From Takakia lepidozioides (Eukaryota; Plantae; Bryophyta): 64,000 bases of DNA. Where the stretch lies: NCBI GenBank assembly GCA_030704615.1, contig CM060734.1, forward strand, positions 39,060,001 to 39,124,000. Reading direction: 5' to 3'. Each line of letters starts with the position of its first letter. The first letter of the stretch is position 1. Made by a program: the position numbers and the translations under genes. This document shows, piece after piece, positions 53,209 to 64,000 of the stretch. Under the pieces are notes generated by a model. That model was not told where the DNA came from. It saw only the letters and a program-made list of their open reading frames with translations, and ran no database searches.

Positions 53209-56200
53209 ATGGAGGCAGTAACACACGATTTGTCATCACCACAGCTTTCCCCTACACAGTTATCAACGCCTCACCAGCTACTTCTTGCGGAGAACTCTGG
53301 TGATGATCAAGAGCTGAAAGCCCCAAAAAAGAGGGCTGAAACCTGGGTACAGGATGAGATCAAAGCACTTATTGCATTCCGAAAAGAGATGGACACTCTG
53401 TTCAACACATCCAAAAGCAACAAGCATTTGTGGGAGCAAATTTCCCAAAAGATGAAAGACAGGGGCTACGACCGTTCTCCCACCATGTGCACTGACAAGT
53501 GGCGGAATCTACTCAAGGAGTATAAAAAAGCTAAGACACAGGATAGGGGTTCTACGAAAGTGGCCTTTTACAAAGATCTGGAGGATCTTCTTGGTGATCG
53601 TGCCAAGGCCACCCCTTACCGCAGTCCTGCTAAGCTAGATGCCTTGCAACTGTCACCCAAAGGTACAGAGATAACCACACAGAATATGAGATTTATGTGG
53701 TTGGGAATGTTTGTGCATAGTATGTTGACAAGGAGAGAAATTGATGCCGCAAATATTGAGTGCTATCTTAGAAATGGGAGAGGATTGCATTTCAAAGGAA
53801 GGAAGAGGTCTTGATGGTCAGCCATGCAGAACGCTCGCATACAGCAGCTTCAGTCACCATTTTATGGACATAGTTTTCCTCAAATCAGTCTGCCAGAAAG
53901 ATGAATGTGCAATCCAACCCACTCATGTTTCAGTGAGCAGTGGTGGGGCCAAAAGATAGAGAAGGCATCCAATTATCCTTCATGTAACTTGAAAATGCAG
54001 AGTATACTCTTCAAGCTGTGGGCACCACTAGTGTGCCGCAAGATCTATACTACTTTCCCATGGCCTGGTCAGTTGCCTTGGGTTGTTTATAAACATGTAT
54101 CAGCTCCCGGTATACTTTGTTCTACTGTGCTGGATGTTCATGCCAGTTCTCTGTGCAATCATGCAGACCTGGCATCGAACACCTCCCTGTATTCATCCTT
54201 TCTTCCTCCATCTAGTTTGTTATTTAAGTATGGAGGAACCTTTGCAACACATGTTGTAAGCCACCTATACTCAATGTTGATGGGGGCTATTGGCTGGGTC
54301 AAACGCCTCTTGCTCTAGGGCTACTATTATCTCTCTACCTTGGTTGAAGGCACTGACATTGTTGGTGGTTGTCGATCAGATTAATAATTTGTCCGTTGCC
54401 AAGTTAACCTAACCCTCATCAACATATCTGAAATTTAGTCACTTTGAGGTTGAGAGAAGGCCCTCGTGTGCTTGTAAGTCAAAATGTATTTAGATCATTT
54501 TCTAAGGACACATCTGTGTTGTGTGGACTTTTTGTGAGAAGGGATGGCACTGATGCAACAACAGATATTTGTTGTCTAGTCTGCATAAACTCAAGCAAAA
54601 GAGGAAATCCCTCCCTCCTCTGCCATGTTGTATTTCTTCCCCAAGTAAGGAGTTAATCCTGAAAGGAGGCATGGAACAAAGCATGGGGATGGGATTCTTT
54701 GTTGTTTGATATACTTATCGTCTGTTGGTGCTATCATGTGGCAAACATTTACACTAACTGAAGGCATATAGTACTTAGTGATGTTGAGCATGGCTCTTTA
54801 CCATTAATAGGTTTTAGGGTTAACTTCAGTTGGTGAAGGAGCATGATCTGTGACCAAGAACACATGGATGTGTCAATCACTCATTGACATATTCGAATGA
54901 GAGCAGTACACTCAGAGTGAACCACATGTTGTATGAATGCCTCCTGGGAAGCCTTCCTTTTGATTTTTCCTCTTCAGGTTATGCCTTCCCAATACTAAAT
55001 ATTCTTTTTGTGATCATCTCTGATTAATACATGGTGCTTTCTTATATATCCTCACACAACCACTTTCAGGTGGTGTGCTCATCTGCGTCCGATTTTGTGT
55101 TTGGTAAAGATTAATTCAGCCAATATAGATTGCGGGCATGATGGCAGGATCGTCAAGAGCACTGAATTTGGAGCGTCGACTGGACCACGATGGGCATCCA
55201 AATGCTCTTCCATCATCTGATGGAGTAGGTCCACCTCCAACCTTCATGTCCAATGGGGTCATGCCACCCTGGAGCTGGAGAGATACCAGCACCAATGGTG
55301 GTGAGATATTCACCCCTATTTCTTTTCCATTCAGACACGGTGCTCATGAAAGCCCTATGACAGCCAGACTGTGTAGCAAATTATCAAATGTATGTTATAC
55401 TCTGCAGCGTGTTGCATGCATTTTGGCTGAAGGGGATCTAGAAATTTTTCAGGTGGGGATCGACGGTCATCAGGAGGCAAGGTGATTGTGGTGAAGTATG
55501 GGGATCAGATCCGCAGGGTTAGAGTGGATGGGCCGTTTGAGTCAATCAAGGAGTCCATCAAGATTGTGTTTGGACTCCGTACAAGGCGGGCTTTTTGGCT
55601 AGAGGACAGCGAGGGTGTGGTCCAAACTTTGAGCCGTGACATGCCATCTGGTCATTACACTCTTTATCTGGACCCAGGCATGTTCATGTCCCCCCTTTCT
55701 GTATTCACTGCTTGTCTACAGAGTGAGACCTTCTTGCACAAGCTAAGGTGACCTAGATGAGATATTGTTTGATTTTGAAGTGAAAGATGATGTCCCCATA
55801 TGGTTCCTCATCAGAACTGGTAATTGACAGTCACATTTGGTGCCGTCTTTTGGATTAGTCAATTTCAGACAATATGGTTGCCTTCTGGGAGAGACATAGT
55901 TTTTTCTCTTTTTTTGAGTGGTACATAATTGTAGGCAGGCCATCAGGGCTGGCCATTTAGTGGACGCCGCACAAAACTATCCGCTAAGGTTTTTCTGCAT
56001 GGTTTGCCAGCCACATTTGAACTGAAATTCTGACACAGACGAGTTTGCATCTCCCACTGGCACTCTGTATATTAGAGGGGGGGAAACAAAGAAAAAGCTT
56101 TTGCAAAAAATTGGTTACATCACAGTACGTCGGACTCTTTGTTCTGAGGGAAGTACCACTGGGAAGGCAGTCTGTGTTGCTAGCACCTGCTTATCTGCCA

Positions 56201-57051
56201 GTGTCATGGCTTTCTTCTGTGCTCATTGAACTGGTCTGCAGACCCTTACACCATAGACTTGTAAGGAGATGAGCAGTGGCCATAGTGAAGGGTTCTCACT
56301 CTATGCCCTCCGAATTCCTTCAGGCAGCCCCCAACCTGACTAGACACTGTCCCACATGGCACCTGTGAAAGTGGGGCCTTCAGCGAGGCCTATTCATGTG
56401 CCATCCATGTGGAATCTTTTGTAAGTGAACCTAAATCCCAACTGTTGAGTCTGCAACGTGGGGCAGGCTTTTGACATACAGATGATTACATGAGGGCATC
56501 AATCTGGTGGAAATTTTAAGTTGTTCAATAGCTGTTCATTAATTCTGATTGTTACTGCTAGCAGAGGCCTTGGCATCGTACTCTTCTGGTTTCATCAACC
56601 CTCCACCTCTGAAATGTGTGTTCTGAGGTTTATTGGTAACTTGTCGCATCTATGGGCTAAGGAAAATAATCACTGTTTGTTCCTGCATGGCCTTTTGAGA
56701 ATCCAACCACTTTTGCTTGGCTATTCTTGAGGCATGTATGCTTTCCCTCAAACCCTCCATGAAGCCCCCATTTCTTGAAATTGATTTCCTTCAGACCACG
56801 CAACTGATGTAGGTAATTGGCTATGACTGCTGGTTTCAGGAATAATGGTGAAGGTATGCCTGTACGACGAATCAGACCACATGACGGGCAGCACAGAGAG
56901 CAGAATATTGTATTCAGAGGAGGATTTTCGTGAATTCCTGACTCGAAGAGGCTGGTCAGGGCTACGGGAGGTCGGAGGGTTGAGGGACATTGATTCCTTG
57001 GAAGAGCTACGGGGTGGTGGAGTATACCAACGTGGCGGCAGTATTGTGTAG
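53209..57051 (+). CDS. GT-1: Trihelix transcription factor, GT-1/GT-4 clade; join(53209..53662,55148..55300,55453..55677,56840..57051); a small extra exon in intron 1 is possible
   Basis: [13 protein letters not shown]...[15 protein letters not shown]...[16 protein letters not shown] trihelix; [13 protein letters not shown]; [13 protein letters not shown]; [13 protein letters not shown]. The last intron has a GC donor (CCAG|gcatgt). Confidence 0.93.
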
Positions 57052-58958
57052 ACATGCAGGAAGAATTTTGAGAGTCATGTAAAGAGGCTACAAAGGAAGT
57101 TGATGCAATTTTATCCAAGCAACTTGAGCCAGCGGCTAGTCAAAAATGATGGGGGCTTACTCATAAGCGCACAGTTGTACACTAATAGTGTAGCATAATG
57201 GTTGGGGCTTTCCGTATTAAATTGTGGAGTCCTCATGGTGGTCAGCTCAACCATGCAGGCAACATTCAGGCATGGCGTGTGCTGCTGTGAAAATTCACGA
57301 TAGGAGCAAAAGAACAGGGTTTTGGCAGAGCACCTTGCCAACAGATTATTGGTCCCTCATCATCGTCCCTCCCTGTAACTGTTTTGGTGCCTTGGCAGTC
57401 TGAAGACGGCGAGGATCGTCGAGGCACTGATAGAATGTGTGTGGTGTTTGATGCCATTGCCTTTTGGAAACCACCCTCCCTCAGAAATCCATGCTGAATT
57501 ATGTCCACGCAGTGCTTTCTAAGGCCTGGATGTGGCACGTCTCGAGAGTTGTACTTTGATGTACCATGGGTGCGTGAAATTTTAAATCTTCTGTCTTCTG
57601 TGCTTTTTTCCTGTTGGTGAGAAGAAGTAGCTATGTTGATAATGAGGAAAAAATAACCTCAAGTTCACAAGTGACAGGGAAACTACTGGGCAGTCCCAGC
57701 AGACTGATAAACCAAAGACAGCAGGCTTAAGTAGCAAGACCACAGCCGAGACCAGTAGACAAAAACTAAGGTGTCAAACAGGCTGAGCAGAGCAGCTACT
57801 TAGATGTTGTTCCAAGATTTTACAACTCTGATTCTTTGGATCCTCCAATTTATATCTTCGACCCCCTCCCTTGGTGATGTCCACAGATCAGGAGATCCTC
57901 CATTCTTGTGGGAGCTTGTACAACCAAGATGTGCCTTCTCCGAGGAGGTTGGTGCAAAGAAGCCCTCTCCATCCCCAAGTGGAGATCTCCCCCACACTCG
58001 TACACCCTCAGTTAGTGAGTTAGTGAGTTGTTGCCACTGACGTCGATGTTTGGGAAAAGAGTAGGGCACATCTGGATTTCCAGATGTGCCAAAGAGGAGC
58101 TCTTAACGCTAAAGGACTAACCCCAATTTTTGGGTCCCCCCCCAAAAAATTGACCCTTCCCCACTAAATAATTTATATCTTGAGATTTCCTCATGCCCTG
58201 TAAAACTGACCATTGTAATATAGCTATGACCACAAAAAGTCTGGTCCAAATCGAACCGCCGGATTGCAAGATTATAATGTTGAAAGTTGGGCCAAAAACA
58301 AATTTCCTATGTACAATGGGGTAAAAAACACAGCTTTCTTATCGGATTTCCCAGCTGTGAAATTTTTTGACATGACACAAACTGGAATCTTGTACCCTGC
58401 GAGGTAAGACACCTGCCTCGAAGGGACATTATGGCGCATGCGCGAGCTGACCGGTGGGCCCCACGCACGGACGCCCGCCTCCCGCCGCGGCCGTGGCAAC
58501 CCCCAGTCCGCTGCCCATGAGTCCAGTTCCTCTCAGTCCGCCACACCGCCAGTTTGCCCGTCTGCCAATCCGCGTCGCCCAAAGAATCTGGATCGTCCAT
58601 TCTGAGAAACCCATCCGCACCACCATCCTGTTTATAGCATGGAAAAACGCAACATCTTGTTGGCCACTCGTTCTTGTTGTCTTGTTCTTACGGCTCTTTG
58701 TTGTTGGATACAACCATGGAAGGCTAACAAGAAACGCAAGGCCCAGCTACTAGGAGACCTTGAACACACGAGGTCCTGGCTCAAGTTCACAGATTGCAAG
58801 ACGGCGACTAACGATGGGGCTACTCTTGTACCCGGCCTCTTGGTCTATAGGGTTTGAGTGCAATAGGGACAGTGATAGAGGACTTAGTACGGCTGTGGCT
58901 ATTACATCTTGTAGCTATCTGGAGGTAGAGGGACCTACCCACCAGCTAGGGGGGCGAT

Positions 58959-59479
58959 TGTGGCAGACTACTTTATTGTGCATATATGTGTGGTGTGGTT
59001 TGGACAGCGATGTAGTTATGTAGCGATATGTATGCGCACGACAGCTGTCAAGTTAAATAAGCACAGTGTGAAAACAACTAGAATAAAGCTAGTTATTTGT
59101 ATTTAACACTTGGATTTAGGTCAAGTGTTAAATCAGGTGTCAAGTTTAGTTTGACACCTGAACCGCCTTATCTTCACGAGAGCGGCAGTCGCGCAGCTCA
59201 TCTCTCTCGAGTTGAGCCTGCGCGACCGAGCTCCTTCACGCTTTAGAAGCTGAGTATGCTTATGAAGGGAGGATAGGTTGTTGTGGGGTGGAGTCCCCAT
59301 AGCTTGGGGTGCCCCTGGCTCGACTACTATTTTAAAGAGTGATGGTGTTGGTTTTCATGTTTCTTGTGTGAACAGTGTGTCTTTTAGTTTTCTATCATAT
59401 TGTGACAGACTACTTTATTGTGCATATATGTGTGGTGGGACAGCGATGTAGTTATGTAGCGATACGTATGCGCACGACA
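58959..59479 (-). repeat. Pair of short TG..CA direct repeats (58959-59043, 59401-59479) flanking a hairpin-rich spacer; probable 3' LTR region of the gypsy element
   Basis: 85- and 79-bp copies, nearly identical, both TGT...ACA. On the minus strand each contains TATAT followed by AATAAA. Confidence 0.7.
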
Positions 59480-59492
59480 TCCCCCTTCCTTT
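59480..59492 (-). promoter_or_regulatory. Polypurine tract (plus-strand primer) of the LTR retrotransposon
   Basis: Minus-strand AAAGGAAGGGGGA immediately precedes TGTCG... at 59479, downstream of pol in the same orientation. Confidence 0.65.
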
Positions 59493-60130
59493 GCACGCTT
59501 TGATGCAGCCTAACACAAGCCCCTCCACCCCACAGAGTTGGAACTTAGGGAAAAAAAAAAGTGGCATGACAAAAGTTGAACCTGCATGCTAGCAATGAAC
59601 GCATACAGACCTTGGCCCAAAGTGCCTTAAAATGTTTGACATCCGATGTTGTGAATGCATGGAACGTCATGCTCTGGCAACCTTGCAATGACCCACATCC
59701 ATTTCCATATTACAAAATATACACTGCCTGGTCAAAAATACTCTCCCTCATGCATTAGGCCGAGTCTGATGAGAGGGCAAAGTAGACTGAATTTAAACTC
59801 AGTGGGGGTAAGCCTATCTACACCCACTGTCGTAATTGAAAAACCCATGACAAAACCAAACAGTATTGCAGCTGACTCCCTCCCTCTCTCTGAAAATCTA
59901 AACTGTCTAGGGTTTTCTAAGCAGACAGACTCTCTCGTCAAATCTATCAAGGGAATTCTACCTGTACCTTTGTTGACCAAACAATGTGGGCACGGGGTCA
60001 ATGGGCATGGCAAACAACGGCAAACAACATCTTGGGAGTACACTCATTCTTACAGGTACAATTTCATGTTGAGAGATCTGACAAGAAAGTCTCGCTGCTT
60101 AAAAAAACAGCTTTCACTGAATCAATAAGT

Positions 60131-61011
60131 TGAAGAAGAAGGTGCCCTCACCACCACCCAACCTGCTAACTTACAGAATTCAACATGCATTCAGGGCCGA
60201 GTCTCATGAAGGGCAAACCAGGCGGCAATAGGTAGAAGAAGAAGGTGCCCTCACCACCACCCAACCAGCTACCTTATAGAATTCAACATGCATTCAAGGC
60301 CGAGTCTGATGACAGGGCAAAACAGGCTGCAATACGTCAAGGAAGAAGGTACCACCACCCAACCAGCTAACTTACAGAATTCAACATGCATTCAGGGCCG
60401 AGTCTGATGATAGGGCAAAACAGGCTTCAATAGGTCAACGAAGAAGGTGTCCTCACCACCACCCAGCCAGCTAACTTGCAGAATTCAACATGCATTTGAT
60501 AGGGCCGAGTTTGATGAGAGGGCAAAACATAACGGGAATACGTCAAAGAAGAAGGTGCCCTCACCACCACCCAACCAGCTTACTTCAGAATTCAACATGC
60601 ATTCAGGGCTGAGTCTGATGAGAGGGAAAACCATGCAACAATAGGTCAAAGAATAAGGTGCCCTCACCATCATGGAACCAGCTAACTTCAGAATGGCAAC
60701 ATGCATTCAGGGCCGAGTCTGATGAGAGGGCAAAATACGATGCAATAGGTCAAAGAAGAAGCTGCCCCCACCACCACCCAACCTGCTAACTTACAGAATT
60801 CAACATGCACTCAAGGCTGAGTCTAATGAGAGGGAAAAACAAGCAACAGTACGTCAAAGAAGAAGGTGCCCTCATCACCACCCAGAATGCTAACTTTCAG
60901 AAAATTCAACATGCATTCAGGACCGAGTCTGATGACAGGGCAAAACAGGCTGCTATAGGTCAAAGAAGAAGGTGCCCTCACCACCACCCAACCACCTAAC
61001 TTCAGAATTCA
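60131..61011. repeat. Tandem array of ~8.5 copies of a ~104-bp unit
   Basis: The anchor ggtg of gaagaaggtgccctcaccaccacccaacc recurs at 60141, 60244, 60348, 60446, 60554, 60657, 60761, 60865 and 60971 (spacing 98-108). A partial copy lies near 59750-59780. Confidence 0.95.
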
Positions 61012-64000
61012 TCACATATGCCAACCTCTAGAGCATCGATCACACACCAGCATGGTGGCTGCCCCTCTAGCAGACCCACACAACATGCACCTCAAACCTG
61101 CAGATATCACTGCCAAGTTTGGGTCTATCCTGCCATCGACATTCGGAAGGTGACATGGCGCACAATTACGCACATGGTCCTTCCAAGTTATGCCATCCCG
61201 ACCCTCCAAGACCAAGACGCCTGAGGGCAAGACCTCTCGAACCCTCAAAATAACACGTCCTGCAGTCACATCCAAGGTCGTAGGAGCAGTCTGCTGCAGA
61301 TAGACGTAGTCACCAGGGTTGAATCTCCGAACCCCAGGACGATAGCCCCCACCACGTATGGTAGCATACCTCAACGTATCACGGTGTTGTGCAATGGCAA
61401 GGTTCTCAAAAGCCATTGGCATGACTTTCTTGAACAACTCTGCACGCTGCTCACATGCACGTGCCCACACATCCGGATCGTCAAGGTTAAGAACTGTAGC
61501 AGCTTCTCTGCGAATGGATGTAGGCAAATCCGGCTCTCGGCCAAAGAGAAGAAAGTATGGTGAGAAGGAGGCAAGTGATGCTTGCTTGCTGAACCTGTAG
61601 CCTATGGCTAACCAGGGTAACTGAAGGTCCCAATCTCCTAGGTGTCCCTTCTGCAAGCCATACTTGCGCAAACCCCTCTTTACTGTCTGAACAACTCTCT
61701 CTACCAAGCCATCGGCCTCAGGATGATCCCGAGAAGTGGTGCGGTGGTCTATCAAGGCCTTGTCACACAAAGCCTGAAACTCCCCCAAGAACTCTCTCCC
61801 TTGGTCGTCCGTGAGTACCTCAGCTGGAGCACCGAATCGGCTAAGCACACAATCCAAGAATGCATATGCAGCTCCCTCACTAGCCTTATCAGGCAATGGA
61901 GCCAATTCAATCCACTTGGAGAAGTGCTCCACCATCACCAACACGTACTTGTTGTGGCGCAAGGTCAGTGGCAACGGCCCTGCGAAGTCAAGACTCCACC
62001 TGTAGCCCAATCCCATGATCGGAAGAGGGTGCAATTGTGGAGTAGGGGCGTTGAATGAAGCACGCACCCTGTCACACACCATGCACCTAGCCACAAATTG
62101 TTGCACCTCTGTGTGCATATCACGCCACCAATACTGCCCCTGCAGTAGACTATGAGTGCGTCGCACCCCAAAATGCCCCAACTCCTCATGGGCATGCCGC
62201 ACTAACCGTGCCCGCTGTGTTGGGTGAGGCACAATCCTCACTTGACCATCCTCCCACACTCGAAGCAGGTGTGTCCCCTCCCACTTGAACCTCTTGGCTC
62301 GTTGTAGGATCCGATCCCTCTCCTTGGCAGTCACAGTGGCTGCAGTGTCTCCAGTGCGGAGGTAGTCCAACACAACTGAATCCTCATGTATATCTTTGGC
62401 GCCACCTTGCTCATTGTTGGCCTCAGGGTCCTTAGACACTTGATCTACAGTCATCCCTGTTGTAGGTCCAACCTGGCCTTCCGCTGCCAAGATACACAGA
62501 AATGCAGATGCATGCCATCCGGGCACCATCTCCTCGTCCGTCTCACCATGCCACCGAGCTCCAGTGTCATCCTGCTGGCTCGTGCATGGATTGCGACTCA
62601 ACCCATCTGCATTGTGATTGACCAAACCCGGTCGATGCACCACCTGAAAGTCATACTCTTGAAGGATAAGTGCCCACCGTGCAAGCTTCCCCGTAAGCTT
62701 GTCTGACTCCATCAACCACTTGAGTGGTTGGTGATCCGTGACAAGGGTGAAGAGATTGCCATATAGATAGCACCTGAAGTGTGCCACGGCCCACACTGCA
62801 GCTAAGCATTCTCCCTCATGTGAGCTATACTTAGACTCAGCAGCATTGTTCGAGCGGCTAGCGTAAGCCACTACGAACTCTCTTCCCTCATCATCCACCT
62901 GTGTGAGCACCGCTCCAAGCCCCAGCATGCTCCAATCTGTATGCAGCTGAAAAGGACGCCCCCTAATAGGTCGTCTCAAGATGGGCGCCGAGGTCAACCT
63001 CGCCTTGAGCTCTTGAAAAGCTTGTTCTTGCTCATCTTCCCACTGCCACTCCTGGTCCACCTTGGTCAGCTTGGTTAGAGCCTTTGCAATGGCACTAAAT
63101 CCCTTAACAAACCGTCTGTAATAGTTTGCTAACCCCATGAAAGCTCGAACTCGGCTCACATCCGTGGGGCGTGGAACCTGTGCAATGGATTCTACCTTAG
63201 TCTGCTGTACCCCCAATCCTCCAGGATATATCATGTGACCCAGATACTCAATCTGGTTGTGGAAAAACTTGCGCTTTCTCGGATGGAACTTCAATCCGTG
63301 CGTCCTCAAGTGCTCAAATACCTCCTGAAGGTGTCTCTCATGCTCCTCCACCGTAGCACTAAAGATGATGATGTCATCTATGTAGCACCGAGCAAACTCC
63401 ACCCCTGCTAGAATCATGTCCATGACCCTTTGAAACTCAGCAGGAGCGTTTTTAAGCCCAAATGGTAAGAACCGCCACTGGTATAGGCAATCATTCCCGT
63501 GCTCATTGATCCCCCAGAATGTCGTCTTTTGCTTATCCGCCTCCTTGATCGGCAACTGGTGATATCCGGATCGTAAATCCAACGTGCTAAAGACCTTGGA
63601 ATGCCCAATGGCATCAAAGATCTCCTCTTCGGCATGGCATACCTATCGGACTTGGTCTGACGATTTACAGGCCGGTAATCACCGCACATACGTCTCTCCG
63701 TCCATTTGCCATAGACATCCTTCTTGGCTGGCATCACTGTGGCTGAAGCATACTCTCCACCAGAGAGCTCCACCAAACCTGCCTCCCAAAGATCCTGAGT
63801 TCTCATCTGAATCAAGGACCTCTCCATGTCACTGATCTATAGGGTCTCCGAAAGATTGGCGTGTCAGTAGCCAATTCATTGCGAATCTCTTGACCCTTCA
63901 GTGCTCCCAAGTCCTTCAAACTGAAGGCAAAGCAATTCCTGTAAGCCCTCAGGAACCGCCGCATACGTCGTCTCTCTCCTCCGGTGACAATGGGTCCAAT
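61012..64000 (-). mobile_element. Ty3/gypsy LTR retrotransposon pol (RT-RNase H-integrase-PHD), frameshifted, runs off the window
   Basis: RT: RMCGDYR, LDLRSGYHQ, LPFGLKNAP, YIDD. RNase H: HTDWS, ECLA, VTDH. Integrase: HEELGH..CMVC, SLDFAG, TDDQGREF, VER. C-terminal CMLC..CDRC..GWH. Frameshifts near 63630 and 63835. Confidence 0.96.

Noticed and set aside
58429-58860. GC-rich short ORFs left of the LTR-like repeats
   Set aside because: Short and overlapping on both strands, with no recognisable domain.
58959-59479. Canonical TRIM or retrozyme
   Set aside because: No tRNA primer-binding site or internal PPT between the repeats, and no hammerhead core in them. Kept only as an unusual structure.
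60131-61011. Tandem array as a CRISPR array, or as hammerhead-ribozyme repeats (each unit has CTGATGA)
   Set aside because: Whole units are homologous with no unique spacers, no cas genes are present, and the context is eukaryotic. CTGATGA lacks a proper stem II-GAAA and a pairing stem I/III around a UH site.

Overview
Nuclear genomic DNA from a land plant. Gene content suggests a non-seed plant, probably a bryophyte or lycophyte (inference). From left to right: (1) ~8 kb of decayed minus-strand, probably transposon-associated ORFs, including a Ulp1/C48 SUMO-protease pseudogene. (2) Two small plus-strand genes of unknown function. (3) An 11-exon XPD/ERCC2 helicase gene. (4) A ~26 kb birth-and-death cluster of PLS-class PPR-E-DYW organellar RNA-editing genes: four largely intact arrays and two decayed copies, interleaved with an inverted duplication that carries two ubiquitin-RPS27a genes. 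(5) A GT-1 trihelix transcription factor. (6) The 3' part of a defective Ty3/gypsy element whose integrase ends in a truncated PHD finger, followed by a ~104-bp tandem array and a hairpin-packed cassette between ~80-bp TG..CA direct repeats. The most notable signal is missed by the ORF track. Short spliced exons upstream of the PPR arrays encode degenerate PDF motifs, the ssDNA-binding repeat of plant OSB proteins. With compatible intron phases they give a predicted 1308-aa protein: transit peptide + 2x PDF + PLS-PPR + E + DYW deaminase (44941-49620). Decaying copies of the same module precede two other PPR genes, and an orphan copy lies at 8.4 kb. All family assignments come from motif recognition; no database search was run.
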